DNA of 64,000 nt from NCBI GenBank assembly GCA_963676795.2, contig CAXXTB010000001.1, positions 128,001 through 192,000 of the forward strand, read 5' to 3'. The notes below the pieces were generated by a model. It was given only the letters and a program-made list of their open reading frames with translations, did no database searches and had not been told where the DNA came from. A program made the position numbers and the translations under genes. Of this stretch, positions 1-9,865 are shown in pieces (positions within the stretch are counted from its first letter, which is position 1; each line of letters begins with the position of its first letter). The stretch comes from Geopsychrobacteraceae bacterium (lineage in GTDB: Bacteria; Desulfobacterota; Desulfuromonadia; Desulfuromonadales; Geopsychrobacteraceae).

Positions 1-19
1 GACCGTTTCTTTCATCGGT

Positions 20-811
20 TCAGGATGCGGCATGGTCGGCAGCCAGGTTCCCTATGGCTCCGGAAGCGACTGCTTCGATAATCTGTGGATCGCCTTCAAG
101 AAGACGCATGGCGATCCATTCACGGTGCGGAACATTAGGATAGGCCGCTTCGAGCTCCGCGGTAATCTGCTCCATCGCTTCACGCAAACCGGGAACCTCA
201 TATTTGAGTTTCTGTGGTGTGGTCAGTGTCGTGCCGCTGGCCATGTTGCCGATTTCCTCAAGCAGTCGGTCTATCCCCACCCCCTGACGAGCGGCAGAGA
301 GAACGACGGGCACCCCCAGGTCACGGGCCAGACCACGATCATCGACGGTAATCCCATGAGCCTTGGCCTCATCGATCAGGTTGACACAAACAACAACCCG
401 ATGACTGATCTGCAGAACCTGAAGAGCCAGATTGAGATTGCGCTCGAGGCGGGTGGCATCGATGACGACAACAGTTACGTCGGGTCGGCCGAAAAGGATG
501 AAATCGCGGGCGACCTCCTCATCATCGGTGGCCGAAAGCAATGAATAGGTGCCCGGCAGATCGACAATCTTGTATCTCTTTCCATCAAGAGAAAATCCCC
601 CTTCTGCGCGGGCGATGGTTTTTCCCGGCCAGTTTCCGGTATGCTGATGAAGGCCGGTAAGCGCATTGAAAATGGTACTTTTGCCTGTATTCGGATTTCC
701 CGCCAGGGCGATGACATAATCGCTCTGACCCAGTCGCATGCCGAGCTTCTCCAACTTGGAAACGGACGCGACCGGACAGCTGGCACAGGACGATGTACAG
801 TTTTCAGCCAT
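20..811 (-). CDS. feoB: FeoB N-terminal GTPase domain protein (split FeoB)
   Basis: GNPNTGKS, TGNWPGKT, DLPGTYSL, NLIDE motifs; no transmembrane domain; likely start ATG 811 (MAENC); another ATG at 15 runs off the window. Confidence 0.9.
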   Translation of the reverse strand: MAENCTSSCASCPVASVSKLEKLGMRLGQSDYVIALAGNPNTGKSTIFNALTGLHQHTGNWPGKTIARAEGGFSLDGKRYKIVDLPGTYSLLSATDDEEVARDFILFGRPDVTVVVIDATRLERNLNLALQVLQISHRVVVCVNLIDEAKAHGITVDDRGLARDLGVPVVLSAARQGVGIDRLLEEIGNMASGTTLTTPQKLKYEVPGLREAMEQITAELEAAYPNVPHREWIAMRLLEGDPQIIEAVASGAIGNLAADHAAS

Positions 812-1721
812 TTTTATCATCCTTCAGTTTACGAATCAGCACCCGGTCTGCCTGTTCCCGGCGCAGGGCAATTGAAGCCCCGCGGACGCGATATGCTGTC
901 GGGCTGCCGGAGGGGCTGACAAGATCAATCGAGATATCGGTCTTTGGCACAAAGCCAAGATCGAGTAGGCGATTGCGTTCCAGTCCGCGGCAGAGTGGAG
1001 ACAGACGGACAATCGCAGCATGTTCGTCATCTTTTAAACTGGAAAGGCGAGCCAACGATTCATCATAACTTTCCCCTTCGGCCAGTGGCACGACGGTGAT
1101 TTGCCGCGCAACAGCCAGAGACAGGCTGAACTCACAGCCCTCAATGGCAACCCTGAACAGCTGCTCATCCTGAGCAATAACCCGCAAGACGCTTAACGGC
1201 GCGATGCTGGCAGCAGCGATCTGGGCGTAGAGTTGGGGAGGCTCGTCCTCGACATGGACAACGCGACCTTCCCAGCCGACACAGTAATTGGTCAGCTGTT
1301 GCCCGACTTTCGGCGGCATAAGACCGGACGCGGTCGGAATCGGGTCGCCATGCGGGTCAAAACGCGGATAGTCCAGTTCTCGATCGAGTCTATCGACATC
1401 AGCAGGCGTCAGCTTGTGTTCCTCGATATGGGCCTGCTCATGCCACTTGCTCTCATGCACCCCGGTCTTACTCGCCAGATAGGTTTCGTACAGACGGTGA
1501 GCACGTAAAACATGCAGAGCATATTCCTGGCCTGTGGCCGTCAGTTTCAGCGATCCCGGTCCAATCAGCTCTGCTGTTTCCAGATCACTGAGCAGACTGT
1601 CAGCTTCAGCCTGGGCAAGGGCCAGTTCAGCAGCCACGGATTCTCGCGAAACTGGGCATTTTTCATACTCGTTGTTAGCGAGATACTTGAGCGTATCCTG
1701 TATCAGTATTTGTTCTCTCAT
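804..1721 (-). CDS. DtxR/MntR-family metal-dependent regulator with C-terminal FeoA domains
   Basis: HRLYETYL, EEH, DPHGDPIP motifs; C-terminal RLLDLGF...SPSGSPTAYRVRGASIALR FeoA signature; start uncertain (1721 or 1757). Confidence 0.85.
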   Translation of the reverse strand: MREQILIQDTLKYLANNEYEKCPVSRESVAAELALAQAEADSLLSDLETAELIGPGSLKLTATGQEYALHVLRAHRLYETYLASKTGVHESKWHEQAHIEEHKLTPADVDRLDRELDYPRFDPHGDPIPTASGLMPPKVGQQLTNYCVGWEGRVVHVEDEPPQLYAQIAAASIAPLSVLRVIAQDEQLFRVAIEGCEFSLSLAVARQITVVPLAEGESYDESLARLSSLKDDEHAAIVRLSPLCRGLERNRLLDLGFVPKTDISIDLVSPSGSPTAYRVRGASIALRREQADRVLIRKLKDDKNG

Positions 1722-1852
1722 AAATCTCAGCTTACCAGAATCATCAGGGAAAAACACTGGTTGGAAGGGCTTTAATAAATTTCTATCAACAGATTCCGGG
1801 AAGGAATCCCGCGTAAAATTACCAGAAGGCTGACAAAAACTATTTTCAAGCG

Positions 1853-2641
1853 TCAGATCAACGACACCACCGCCTGCCAGATCAATCTCAGTGCCATCAG
1901 CGACAGCACGATTTTGAAGATCCGCCCGAAGTTGTGATCCGACATGCGGCGCAGAAGTTTGAGGCCGATAAAGGTGCCGATAGCGCCGCTGCAGATCATC
2001 GCGATCAGCAGTGGCAACCAGGGAATCAGATTGAACCCGGCGTTCTGAAAAACCACAATCTTACAGATATGCTGTAACGACATCGCCGCGGCAAAGGTGG
2101 CAACGGTTTTGAAACGGTCACTATGCAGCTGCTTGATAAAGGCTGCAACAATGGGGCCTGAGGCTCCGACAAACAGGGCCAGAAAGGTCGTTCCGCCACC
2201 GGCAACAACCGTCCCGAATTTTCCCAGAATCATCTTCGGCAGTTGCGGTCCCCAGCACAGGTAAAGGATAAAAAGGGCGATGCTCAGATACATTGCAAGC
2301 GGCGGAAGCGCGACCAGGACATACTGCCCGAAAAACGAACCGATGATCGCCCCGAGTAGATAGAGTCCAATAAACTTCCAGTCGATATGCCTGAAGCTCA
2401 AGGTTGCCCGCCCCGCATTGGAGCCGAGCTGCACCACCCCGTGAAGCGGAATAATCAACTGCGGGGGAAGCAGCTGGGCCATCAGCCCAAGTAGCATGAC
2501 ACCACCACCGGCACCGAGGCTGGCGGTCATCAACGAGGTCAGCAAAGAGACACTGATCAGGAAGATTCCGACAACTGGCGAGATTCCGTTAAAAAACGAT
2601 TCGAACATACTAGCGCTTCCCGGAAGAGTCAAAAAAGCCAC
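1853..2641 (-). CDS. TauE/SafE (TSUP) family membrane transporter
   Basis: Hydrophobic, about 8 TM; GAGGG, IPLHGVVQLGSN, GASGP motifs. Confidence 0.8.
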   Translation of the reverse strand: MAFLTLPGSASMFESFFNGISPVVGIFLISVSLLTSLMTASLGAGGGVMLLGLMAQLLPPQLIIPLHGVVQLGSNAGRATLSFRHIDWKFIGLYLLGAIIGSFFGQYVLVALPPLAMYLSIALFILYLCWGPQLPKMILGKFGTVVAGGGTTFLALFVGASGPIVAAFIKQLHSDRFKTVATFAAAMSLQHICKIVVFQNAGFNLIPWLPLLIAMICSGAIGTFIGLKLLRRMSDHNFGRIFKIVLSLMALRLIWQAVVSLI

Positions 2642-2765
2642 ATTCCATCAATATATCGGAATATAGCCACCTATTTACTGGCCGTCAATCAAGCCTGATG
2701 ACAATATAGCCTGGCAGGTAAAATCTTGTTCATACAGCTGCCGACTGATCAGTTTCTGTGGTCAG

Positions 2766-5342
2766 CTAACGGCTGATAATCCCTTTCATCCCGCCACTGG
2801 TCAGAGCAGCGATATTCAACAGCACCTGCGGAAAGGAGAGTCCACCGGGGCAGGCGATATAGCGCGGTTCCCAGAGCGGATCAAACTTTTCCTTATAGGC
2901 GCGCAGCCCCTCAAAATTATAGAAATGCTCCCCCTGATTGTAGATGAATGCGCCGACCTTATGCCAGAGGGGGGCAAAAGGACGATTTTCGAGACCGGAA
3001 AGAGGTGCCATACCCAGATCAAAACAACTATAGCCCTGTTCCCTGGCCCAAAGGATCAGTTCGATAAACAGGTAATCCATAATCCCGTTTGGGCTGTCGG
3101 GACGATAACGCATCAGGTCGATGGCAATCTCTTTTTTCCCCGCCCCAGGCCACAGGTTGACGAAAGCGACAATCTGCTCTCCCTGACGAACCAGGGCGGC
3201 CGGAAAGTGCCGCAGGAACTTTTCGTCGAAACAGCCGAGGGAAAACCCTTTTTCCCGGACATTCTTGGTTGCCAGCCAGCTGTCGGAAATCTCTTTCAGA
3301 TCCGGCAGAAGAGCTCCTACAGCTTCTGCTTCGACCACCTCAAAGCGGTAACCTTCATTCTCCATCTTGCGCAGGGTCGTACGCATATTGCCGCGCCGTT
3401 TCCCTTCCATGGAAAAACCGGCCAGATCGACTTTGGCGGTCTCGCCAAACTTGAACAGAGCCAGCCCCATATCAAGGTAGAGGTGAAGCAGTTCCGGGCC
3501 GACTTCGTAGAAGATCGTCTGCCCGCCATGCTCTTCAACCATTTCGCGAAACTGCCAGGCCAGATCACGGGCAACCGTGGGTTCCGCAACCGGATCGCCC
3601 ATTGAAACCCAGGATTTTTTTTCTACTCCGTACATAATGAAACCATCTTTTCCGGGAGAAAAAAGCAGCGATTTATCCCCCATAAAAGCGAGATTAGCCA
3701 TGGCATTACCCTTCTCACCGACAACCAGAGCCGCCTGTGCAAGGGCTTCAGCGTCCGGCAGATCCGGATTCACGGCAGCCGGTTTAAGAAGGCGCGCCAG
3801 AGCGTAGAGCAGCAACAGAATCCCGCTGCCGACAGCCGCCCGCAGAAAACGAGAGGCTTCGCCGCGAAAGGAAAAATGCCACCAGAGTTCATGACTGTAG
3901 TCGACATGCTTGTAGGCAAAGAGCCCGAGCCAGGCCGAACAGAGCAGCACGATCAGGATACTGGCAATCCAACCGGCACTGAAGGTTTCGGCGAACAGTG
4001 AAGATTTGCGGAAAAAGTAACTGCGGCACGGCCACAACACGGCCAGCAGCACCAGCAACAGGATCGCTTCCTCGTAGTCCCCCCCCTTGAGCAGAGAAAA
4101 AAGCACCGCAACGGCAAGCAGGATCAGCGTCAGAAGATAGGCCGCATCAAGACGGCGTTGCAGGCCACGCGCCAGGAGCAGCAAAATGGCGCCAATCAGG
4201 CTGCCAAAAAAGTGAGAGATTTCAACAACCGGCAATGGCATGAATTCATGCAGCCAGTGCATCCGTTCGGGCACCGACGGTGTTGCCCCTGAAAAGAGCA
4301 GGATCGCCCCGGCGACGAAGATTGAAACGGCCAGCAACTGGGGAACCAGCAGACTTCCCCAGCCGCTGACCACCCTGACGACCCGGCTGACACCGGAGCG
4401 GCGCTGATAGAGTTCATGACCGACCATCATCACCGTCGCACAGCACAGAGGCAACAGGTAGTAAATGGCCCGATAGAGCAGCAGGGCGCCAAGTAACTGC
4501 GAGGCCGGAATCCCCGGCAACATCAGCAGCATCAGCGACTCAAAAACGCCTAAACCGCCGGGGACGTGGCTGATCAGCGCAACCAGCTGAACAAGCAGGA
4601 AAACCCCGAGAAAATGAAACAGCGAGATATCGCTGTATGTCCCGACCAGCACATAGAGGACGCTGCCGGCCAGCAGCCAGTCGGCGATTCCGGCAACCAG
4701 CTGGGCGAGCCCCAGCGGCAGTGTGGGCAGTTCAAATTCCCGGCTGGCAACCCTGATCGTATCGCGCTTCAACCCGAGCAGCAGCAGGTAACCAAGACAG
4801 ATCAGCAGGCACACCCAGCCCAGCGGATGAGCGGAATGAAACGGGAGATGAAGCGAAGCGGGCAAGGCGAGTGGTTCACCGATAAAGACGATGGCGGCAA
4901 CGGCCAGCAGCCCCAGCCAGAAGGAGGTTACGGTAAAACCGACCAGCTTGAGGATCTTCTCCCCGGCCAGCCCCCAGCTGGAATAAAACCGGTAGCGCAC
5001 CGAGGTGGCCATCAGCAACGACAGGCCAATGGTATTGCCAACGGCATAACTGACAAAGGAGGCCAGCATGACCTTGCCGGGAGCCAGTTTTTCGCACAGG
5101 TAACGAACCGCCATCAGATCGTAGCTGGTCAGCACCAGATAGCTGACAGCGGTCAAAACCAGGGCAGCCAGCAAGCGGCTGCCGGGCACGACATGAACTT
5201 CCCTGACGATATCCTGATAATGGAATGAGCCCAAAGTATGATGGAGAAGCCAGAGCGCCAGGCCAAAAATGACCAGTGCTGCAACAGCCCATAAGCTCCG
5301 CTTGAGGGTTTGCATCGCCGATTCCTGTTGATGAGAAGTCAT
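2766..5342 (-). CDS. mprF: Bifunctional aminoacyl-phosphatidylglycerol flippase/synthetase MprF
   Basis: Multi-TM N-terminus with PGGLGVFE; C-terminal EKGFSLG, DLMR, LGMAPLSG, FYNFEGLRAYKEKFDPLWEPRY; start may be 5315. Confidence 0.92.
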   Translation of the reverse strand: MTSHQQESAMQTLKRSLWAVAALVIFGLALWLLHHTLGSFHYQDIVREVHVVPGSRLLAALVLTAVSYLVLTSYDLMAVRYLCEKLAPGKVMLASFVSYAVGNTIGLSLLMATSVRYRFYSSWGLAGEKILKLVGFTVTSFWLGLLAVAAIVFIGEPLALPASLHLPFHSAHPLGWVCLLICLGYLLLLGLKRDTIRVASREFELPTLPLGLAQLVAGIADWLLAGSVLYVLVGTYSDISLFHFLGVFLLVQLVALISHVPGGLGVFESLMLLMLPGIPASQLLGALLLYRAIYYLLPLCCATVMMVGHELYQRRSGVSRVVRVVSGWGSLLVPQLLAVSIFVAGAILLFSGATPSVPERMHWLHEFMPLPVVEISHFFGSLIGAILLLLARGLQRRLDAAYLLTLILLAVAVLFSLLKGGDYEEAILLLVLLAVLWPCRSYFFRKSSLFAETFSAGWIASILIVLLCSAWLGLFAYKHVDYSHELWWHFSFRGEASRFLRAAVGSGILLLLYALARLLKPAAVNPDLPDAEALAQAALVVGEKGNAMANLAFMGDKSLLFSPGKDGFIMYGVEKKSWVSMGDPVAEPTVARDLAWQFREMVEEHGGQTIFYEVGPELLHLYLDMGLALFKFGETAKVDLAGFSMEGKRRGNMRTTLRKMENEGYRFEVVEAEAVGALLPDLKEISDSWLATKNVREKGFSLGCFDEKFLRHFPAALVRQGEQIVAFVNLWPGAGKKEIAIDLMRYRPDSPNGIMDYLFIELILWAREQGYSCFDLGMAPLSGLENRPFAPLWHKVGAFIYNQGEHFYNFEGLRAYKEKFDPLWEPRYIACPGGLSFPQVLLNIAALTSGGMKGIISR

Positions 5343-5512
5343 GCCGTCTCCCCGAACAGAGGGAAACCTTCAACAATTAACAGAAGAGATCAGCAGAAAG
5401 CAAATATTGAGACGGAAATCAGCAAGAAAAGTAGCCCTTGACCTCTGTCCGGTCGAGGCGTATGTAGATGCGGCACAGTATTCCACCAAGATTTCGACAG
5501 AGCTTATTCTAG

Positions 5513-6432
5513 ATGATAGTCACCAAACGGCCATCCGGCCTGCGCCTTATTTGCATGTATCGCGGCACCATTCTGCAGGCGATCAAAACCAAGGTTCTGG
5601 TCACCTTCATCATTGCCATCGCCGTCACCTCGAGCCACGCTAAACTCTACCACCTGAAGATCACCATGACCAGCGTCCCGTTCAACCTGATCGGCCTGGC
5701 CCTGGCGATCTTTCTAGGCTTTCGCAACAACGCCTGCCACGACCGCTTCTGGGAGGGACGCAAGCTGGGGGATGCTAGTCATCGTCACCCGCAACCTGAC
5801 CCGTCAGATCCTCACCCTGATCGATAGCGACAAAACGCATACCAAGCACACCCCGCTGCAGCAGCGCATGGTCTATCAGATCATCGCCTTCAGCCATACC
5901 CTGCGCCACCACCTGCGCGACAGCCGCGATTTCCCTGAGATTCAACCCTTTCTTGCCGCTAACGAACAACAGGCTGTAGAAAGCGCCTTTAACCGCCCCA
6001 ACCGTATCCTCAGTAACCTCGGCGACAACCTGCGCTGTGCCCTGAGTGAAAAGAGCATCGATCCGTTTCTGCTGCCAGAACATCGACCAGCTCGGCGTCA
6101 TCCTCGGTGCCTGCGAGCGGATCAAGAACACGCCGATCCCCTTTACCTACACGGTACTGCTCCACCGCACCGCTTACCTCTACTGTTTCCTGCTCCCCTT
6201 CGGCCTGGTCGACAGCCTGGGGTTCATGACTCCCTTTGTCGTCGCCATCATCGCCTACACCTTCTTCGGCCTCGATGCCCTGGGCGATGAGATCGAAGAG
6301 CCGTTCAGCCTCTGTGCCAACGACCTGCCGCTCAGCGCCCTGTCAACCACCATCGAACGCGACCTACGCGCCGCCCTGGGCGAAACCGACCTGCCGCCGG
6401 TGGCTATGCCGATTGACAAAAGACTTTATTAA
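5513..6432 (+). pseudogene. Bestrophin/YneE-family anion channel with two frameshifts
   Basis: Three overlapping ORFs carry consecutive parts: IFLGFRNN..DRFWEGRKL / LRHHLR..NRPN / CERIKNTPIPF..EIEEPF..NDLPL. Confidence 0.8.
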
Positions 6433-6436
6433 AGAC

Positions 6437-6474
6437 AAAAAAAGCGCCATTCCGATTTACGGAATGGCGCTTTT
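6437..6474. terminator. Bidirectional intrinsic terminator
   Basis: AAAAAAAGCGCCATTCCG-ATTTA-CGGAATGGCGCTTTT between convergent genes. Confidence 0.85.
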
Positions 6475-6492
6475 AGCTAACTGGCGACCTGT

Positions 6493-6996
6493 TTAAGCGA
6501 GGATCTCGTCGACAACAAAATCGACGATCACCTCTGGATCATTCAGATCGAGCAGTGGGACATCAAGCTGCAGATCGCTGTCATCACTAGCAACAGCGAT
6601 AACGTTGGCGTAGGGGGTATCGGTGGTGCCGTAGAGCAGTTCGCCGTGGCCGCTGCGATGGACCTCGATCTTCGGTACCGTGCTGTTTTTGAACCCTTCG
6701 ATGACGACGATGTCGACATCGGGGAAGTAACCGATCAGCTCTTCGAGGCTCAGTTCCGCCTCGAGCCGTTTCATCAGCGCCAGCTTGGTGCTGGAGGCGA
6801 CCAGTACACTGTCGGCTCCGGCGGCCGTGAAGCGGTAGCTGTCCTTGCCCGGCTTGTCGACCTCGAACTTGTGAGCGTCGTGTTTGATCGCACCGACCCG
6901 GTAGCCGCGCTGTTTGAGCAGACCGATCACCTGCTCGACCAGAGTGGTCTTTCCGGTCCCGGAGAGACGGGCGACAAATGCAATAACCTTTGGCAT
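6493..6996 (-). CDS. mobB: Molybdopterin-guanine dinucleotide biosynthesis protein B
   Basis: SGTGKTT P-loop, IKHDAH, DKPGKDS, IEGFK, PKIEV. Confidence 0.92.
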   Translation of the reverse strand: MPKVIAFVARLSGTGKTTLVEQVIGLLKQRGYRVGAIKHDAHKFEVDKPGKDSYRFTAAGADSVLVASSTKLALMKRLEAELSLEELIGYFPDVDIVVIEGFKNSTVPKIEVHRSGHGELLYGTTDTPYANVIAVASDDSDLQLDVPLLDLNDPEVIVDFVVDEILA

Positions 6997-7005
6997 TAGT
7001 CGCTA

Positions 7006-7371
7006 TTACTCGCAGGTAATCTCTTGCTTGGTGACTGCTTCCGACTTGACCCGGTCGAGAAGTTCGGCAAGGGTCGCCTTGACGTTTTCGCGGATGTCGC
7101 CAGCCACGATAATATAGAGCAGGTCATCCCCCGGCTTCAGTTCTCCACCGAAAGCCTCGATAGCCACCTTGTAGATGCCCGGGGCTCTCTCGTATTCCTG
7201 GCGCAACTCTTCGATACGCGCATGATCAGGGGTGACGCGCACTTCGGCAACCGGCAGGCCACCTTCGCGGGTTGTACCACGGACGATACCGTTATGGCTG
7301 AGGATCATGCCGACGTTGCGGACAAACTCCGGGTCCTGCTTCCATTCATTGATCTGTTTAGTGATATCCAT
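7006..7371 (-). CDS. moaE: Molybdopterin synthase large subunit MoaE-like protein
   Basis: GMILSHNGIVR, VAGDIR, DRVK..KQE; start ATG 7371 after AGGAG; the ORF-track extension runs through a repeat. Confidence 0.8.
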   Translation of the reverse strand: MDITKQINEWKQDPEFVRNVGMILSHNGIVRGTTREGGLPVAEVRVTPDHARIEELRQEYERAPGIYKVAIEAFGGELKPGDDLLYIIVAGDIRENVKATLAELLDRVKSEAVTKQEITCE

Positions 7372-7398
7372 TCTTTGTTCTCCTGTCAAAATACAATC

Positions 7399-7455
7399 AC
7401 CCCCCTGCTCGTAAACTCGCTTCCCCCCTATTTTATAGGGGGGACTGAGGGGGGT
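7399..7455 (-). repeat. REP-like palindromic element, copy 1
   Basis: Reverse complement of the consensus ACCCCCCTCAATCCCCCCTAT-n-ATAGGGGGGAAGCGAGCTTGCGAGCAGGGGGGT. Confidence 0.9.
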
Positions 7456-7490
7456 CTTAATTTCGTTTCCTGCCTCAAACTTCAAAGCTG

Positions 7491-8708
7491 TTATCCTACC
7501 GCCAGACTGAGTGAAAAGTCGAGCACCAGTGCGGTTTCCTCCGCTGCAAGCCCTTCAGTATCGCCATCGAGGATGACCAGGCCGTCGCACAGCGCCATAT
7601 TGAGAAAGTGCGAGGTCAGCTGACTCTTCAATGGGGTTGCCAGCACCTGATTTCCCTCATAGGCCAGCTTGACGCGGATCATGTCCCAGCGGCCGGTCCG
7701 TCCTTTGAGAGGGGCGGTCAGGGTCACCGGGCGGAACGGGGAACGATAGTCGGCCACACCGCGCAGTTTTTTCAGCACCGGCACCAGATAGGCGAACATG
7801 TTGACCAGAAAGGCGGCCGGATAACCCGGCATGCCGAAGAACAGGCAGTTCCCCTTTTTGGCGGCGATCAGCGGACTGCCCGGCTTGATGCGGGTCTTGT
7901 CGACCAGCAGCTGATAGCCGCTGCGCTGCAGCAGGGGACGGACATAATCGAACTTGCCCATCGACACCCCGCCGGAGGTGACGACCAGATCACTGCTGGC
8001 GGCCAGTTCATCGAGGGTTTGCGCCAGTGCCTCCGGATCGTCGGCGACCGGGCCGACCAGGGTCACCTCGGCACCGAGAGCTTCCAGAGTGTTCTTCACC
8101 AGGGTGCTGTTGCACTCGTAGACCAACCCCTTTTGATGCGGCTCACCGGGGCGCAGCAATTCATTGCCGGTGATCATCACCCCGACGCGCGGCTTGCGGT
8201 AGACCTGAACCTGATCGAGTCCGAGGGAACAGAGCACCGCCTGAGCGATGGCGCCGAGCGGCCGACCTGCTTCGAGAAAGACATCGCCAGCCTGCGCCTC
8301 TTCACCGATAGCGTTGATGTTCTGCTTGTCGCTCAGGGCTTCCTTGATGACCACATAATCGCCGTCGATTTGCGTATTCTCAACCCGCTCAACGGCCAGG
8401 GAGCCATCGGGAACCGTGGCTCCGGTCATGACTGCGGCGGCGGTCATGCCGGCGACCTGCTGCTGAGGCAGGTTCTCGGCACCTAAGACCTCGGTCAATT
8501 TATAACGACCCGGCTCAAGGGCGCCAAAGGCGTAGCCGTCAACGGCACTGCGCCGGGTGTCGGGAAAGGCGCGCGGCGTTGTCACCGTTTCGGCCAGAAT
8601 ATAACCGGTCGCCTCGAGGGCCTTGACCTGCTGCTGATCGATCGGCTCAACAGCATCAAGCAGCACAGCAAGCGCATCCGGATAGGAGAGTTTTTTTGCG
8701 TTCGACAT
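7491..8708 (-). CDS. moeA: Molybdopterin molybdotransferase MoeA
   Basis: SAVDGYA, MTGATVP, TGNEL, TSGGVSMG, KPGSP, GMPGYP. Confidence 0.93.
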   Translation of the reverse strand: MSNAKKLSYPDALAVLLDAVEPIDQQQVKALEATGYILAETVTTPRAFPDTRRSAVDGYAFGALEPGRYKLTEVLGAENLPQQQVAGMTAAAVMTGATVPDGSLAVERVENTQIDGDYVVIKEALSDKQNINAIGEEAQAGDVFLEAGRPLGAIAQAVLCSLGLDQVQVYRKPRVGVMITGNELLRPGEPHQKGLVYECNSTLVKNTLEALGAEVTLVGPVADDPEALAQTLDELAASSDLVVTSGGVSMGKFDYVRPLLQRSGYQLLVDKTRIKPGSPLIAAKKGNCLFFGMPGYPAAFLVNMFAYLVPVLKKLRGVADYRSPFRPVTLTAPLKGRTGRWDMIRVKLAYEGNQVLATPLKSQLTSHFLNMALCDGLVILDGDTEGLAAEETALVLDFSLSLAVG

Positions 8709-9730
8709 CAGACAAACCTCCCGAAGGGACAGATGGGGTAATGACAGACCTTGCAGAAGTGGCAGAGGCCACCATGACCGGCCCGGGCGATCTCATCCTC
8801 GGTAATCCGGTCACCGGCCGCCATACGCGGCAGAAAGATATCGAGAGCGGTGGCGGCAAAGAACAGAGCGGCAGCAGGAACGGCGCAGACCGTTTTACCG
8901 CGTGCATAACCGATGGTCAGATTATTGCCCGGCTGAATCGGATTCCCCTTGTGAGGAAAGTCGATCCCCGCCTCATTCATAGCAGCAACGGTGACATCGT
9001 CGGGATCAACGGAAGTGCCACCGGTAATCAGCAACAGCTCCGCTTTATCCAGGGCGGCATTGATGGCTTCACTGATGCGCGGCTTTTCGTCAGGAAGCAG
9101 CTCGCTGTGAACGACCTCGATCCCCAGCGCTTTGAGCTTGGCGGTCAGTTTGGGGGTGAAACCATCCTTGATTTTGCCACTGAAGACCTCACTTCCGGTC
9201 ACCAGAATCGCGGCTTTTTTCACCTGATAGGGGCGAATCTGCAACAGTGGCGTCTCAAGTTCGGCCTCGATGGCGGTCATGATCTCCTGCGAACAGGTCA
9301 GCGGAATAATCCGGAAGGCAGCAACCTGCTTCCCCTCGGTGACCGGGAAATAGCGGTTGATGGTCGGCAATGAAGGGATCGCCAGGCGGTTGATCCGCTC
9401 CAGACGCTCAATATCGACCTCGAACAGACCCGGACAGGTCGCGTAAAAACCGATCTTGCCTTCCTTCGGCTTCTCATCGAAACGGATATGTTCTCCGGCA
9501 ATCTGCGGGGCCAGACGGATAGCCGCGTCATCCTCATGGACCTCGGCCTCGTTCCCTTCCCAGATATAGATATTGCGCTTGCCGATCCGCTCGAGAACCG
9601 GCAGGTCCTCTTCGCGAATCACATGGCCACGGGCAAAGGCGACCCCCTTATGCTTGTTTTCAGGGTCGACGACGGTAATGTCGTAGCCGAGAACCTTGCC
9701 GACAGCATCCGCTATCGCAATCTTAATCAT
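8708..9730 (-). CDS. Molybdopterin-binding domain protein with C-terminal Cys cluster
   Basis: VTGSEV, TGGTSVDPDD, PIQPG motifs; ends GGLCHFCKVCHYPICPFG; TGATG overlap with moeA. Confidence 0.8.
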   Translation of the reverse strand: MIKIAIADAVGKVLGYDITVVDPENKHKGVAFARGHVIREEDLPVLERIGKRNIYIWEGNEAEVHEDDAAIRLAPQIAGEHIRFDEKPKEGKIGFYATCPGLFEVDIERLERINRLAIPSLPTINRYFPVTEGKQVAAFRIIPLTCSQEIMTAIEAELETPLLQIRPYQVKKAAILVTGSEVFSGKIKDGFTPKLTAKLKALGIEVVHSELLPDEKPRISEAINAALDKAELLLITGGTSVDPDDVTVAAMNEAGIDFPHKGNPIQPGNNLTIGYARGKTVCAVPAAALFFAATALDIFLPRMAAGDRITEDEIARAGHGGLCHFCKVCHYPICPFGRFV

Positions 9731-9865
9731 GCTTGATGACCTCCACTGCTATAAACTCGAGTTTCAGACAATTGTCCAAAACAAAACAGAGCGGCAGCAT
9801 AGCAGAAGAAAGTCCCAGAGCTGAAGCAGATAATTGCTATATAAGGGGAAATCGGCTTTATTCCG

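Noticed and set aside
7372..7485. N-terminal extension of moaE in the ORF track
   Set aside because: Translates the REP-like element; an RBS supports ATG 7371
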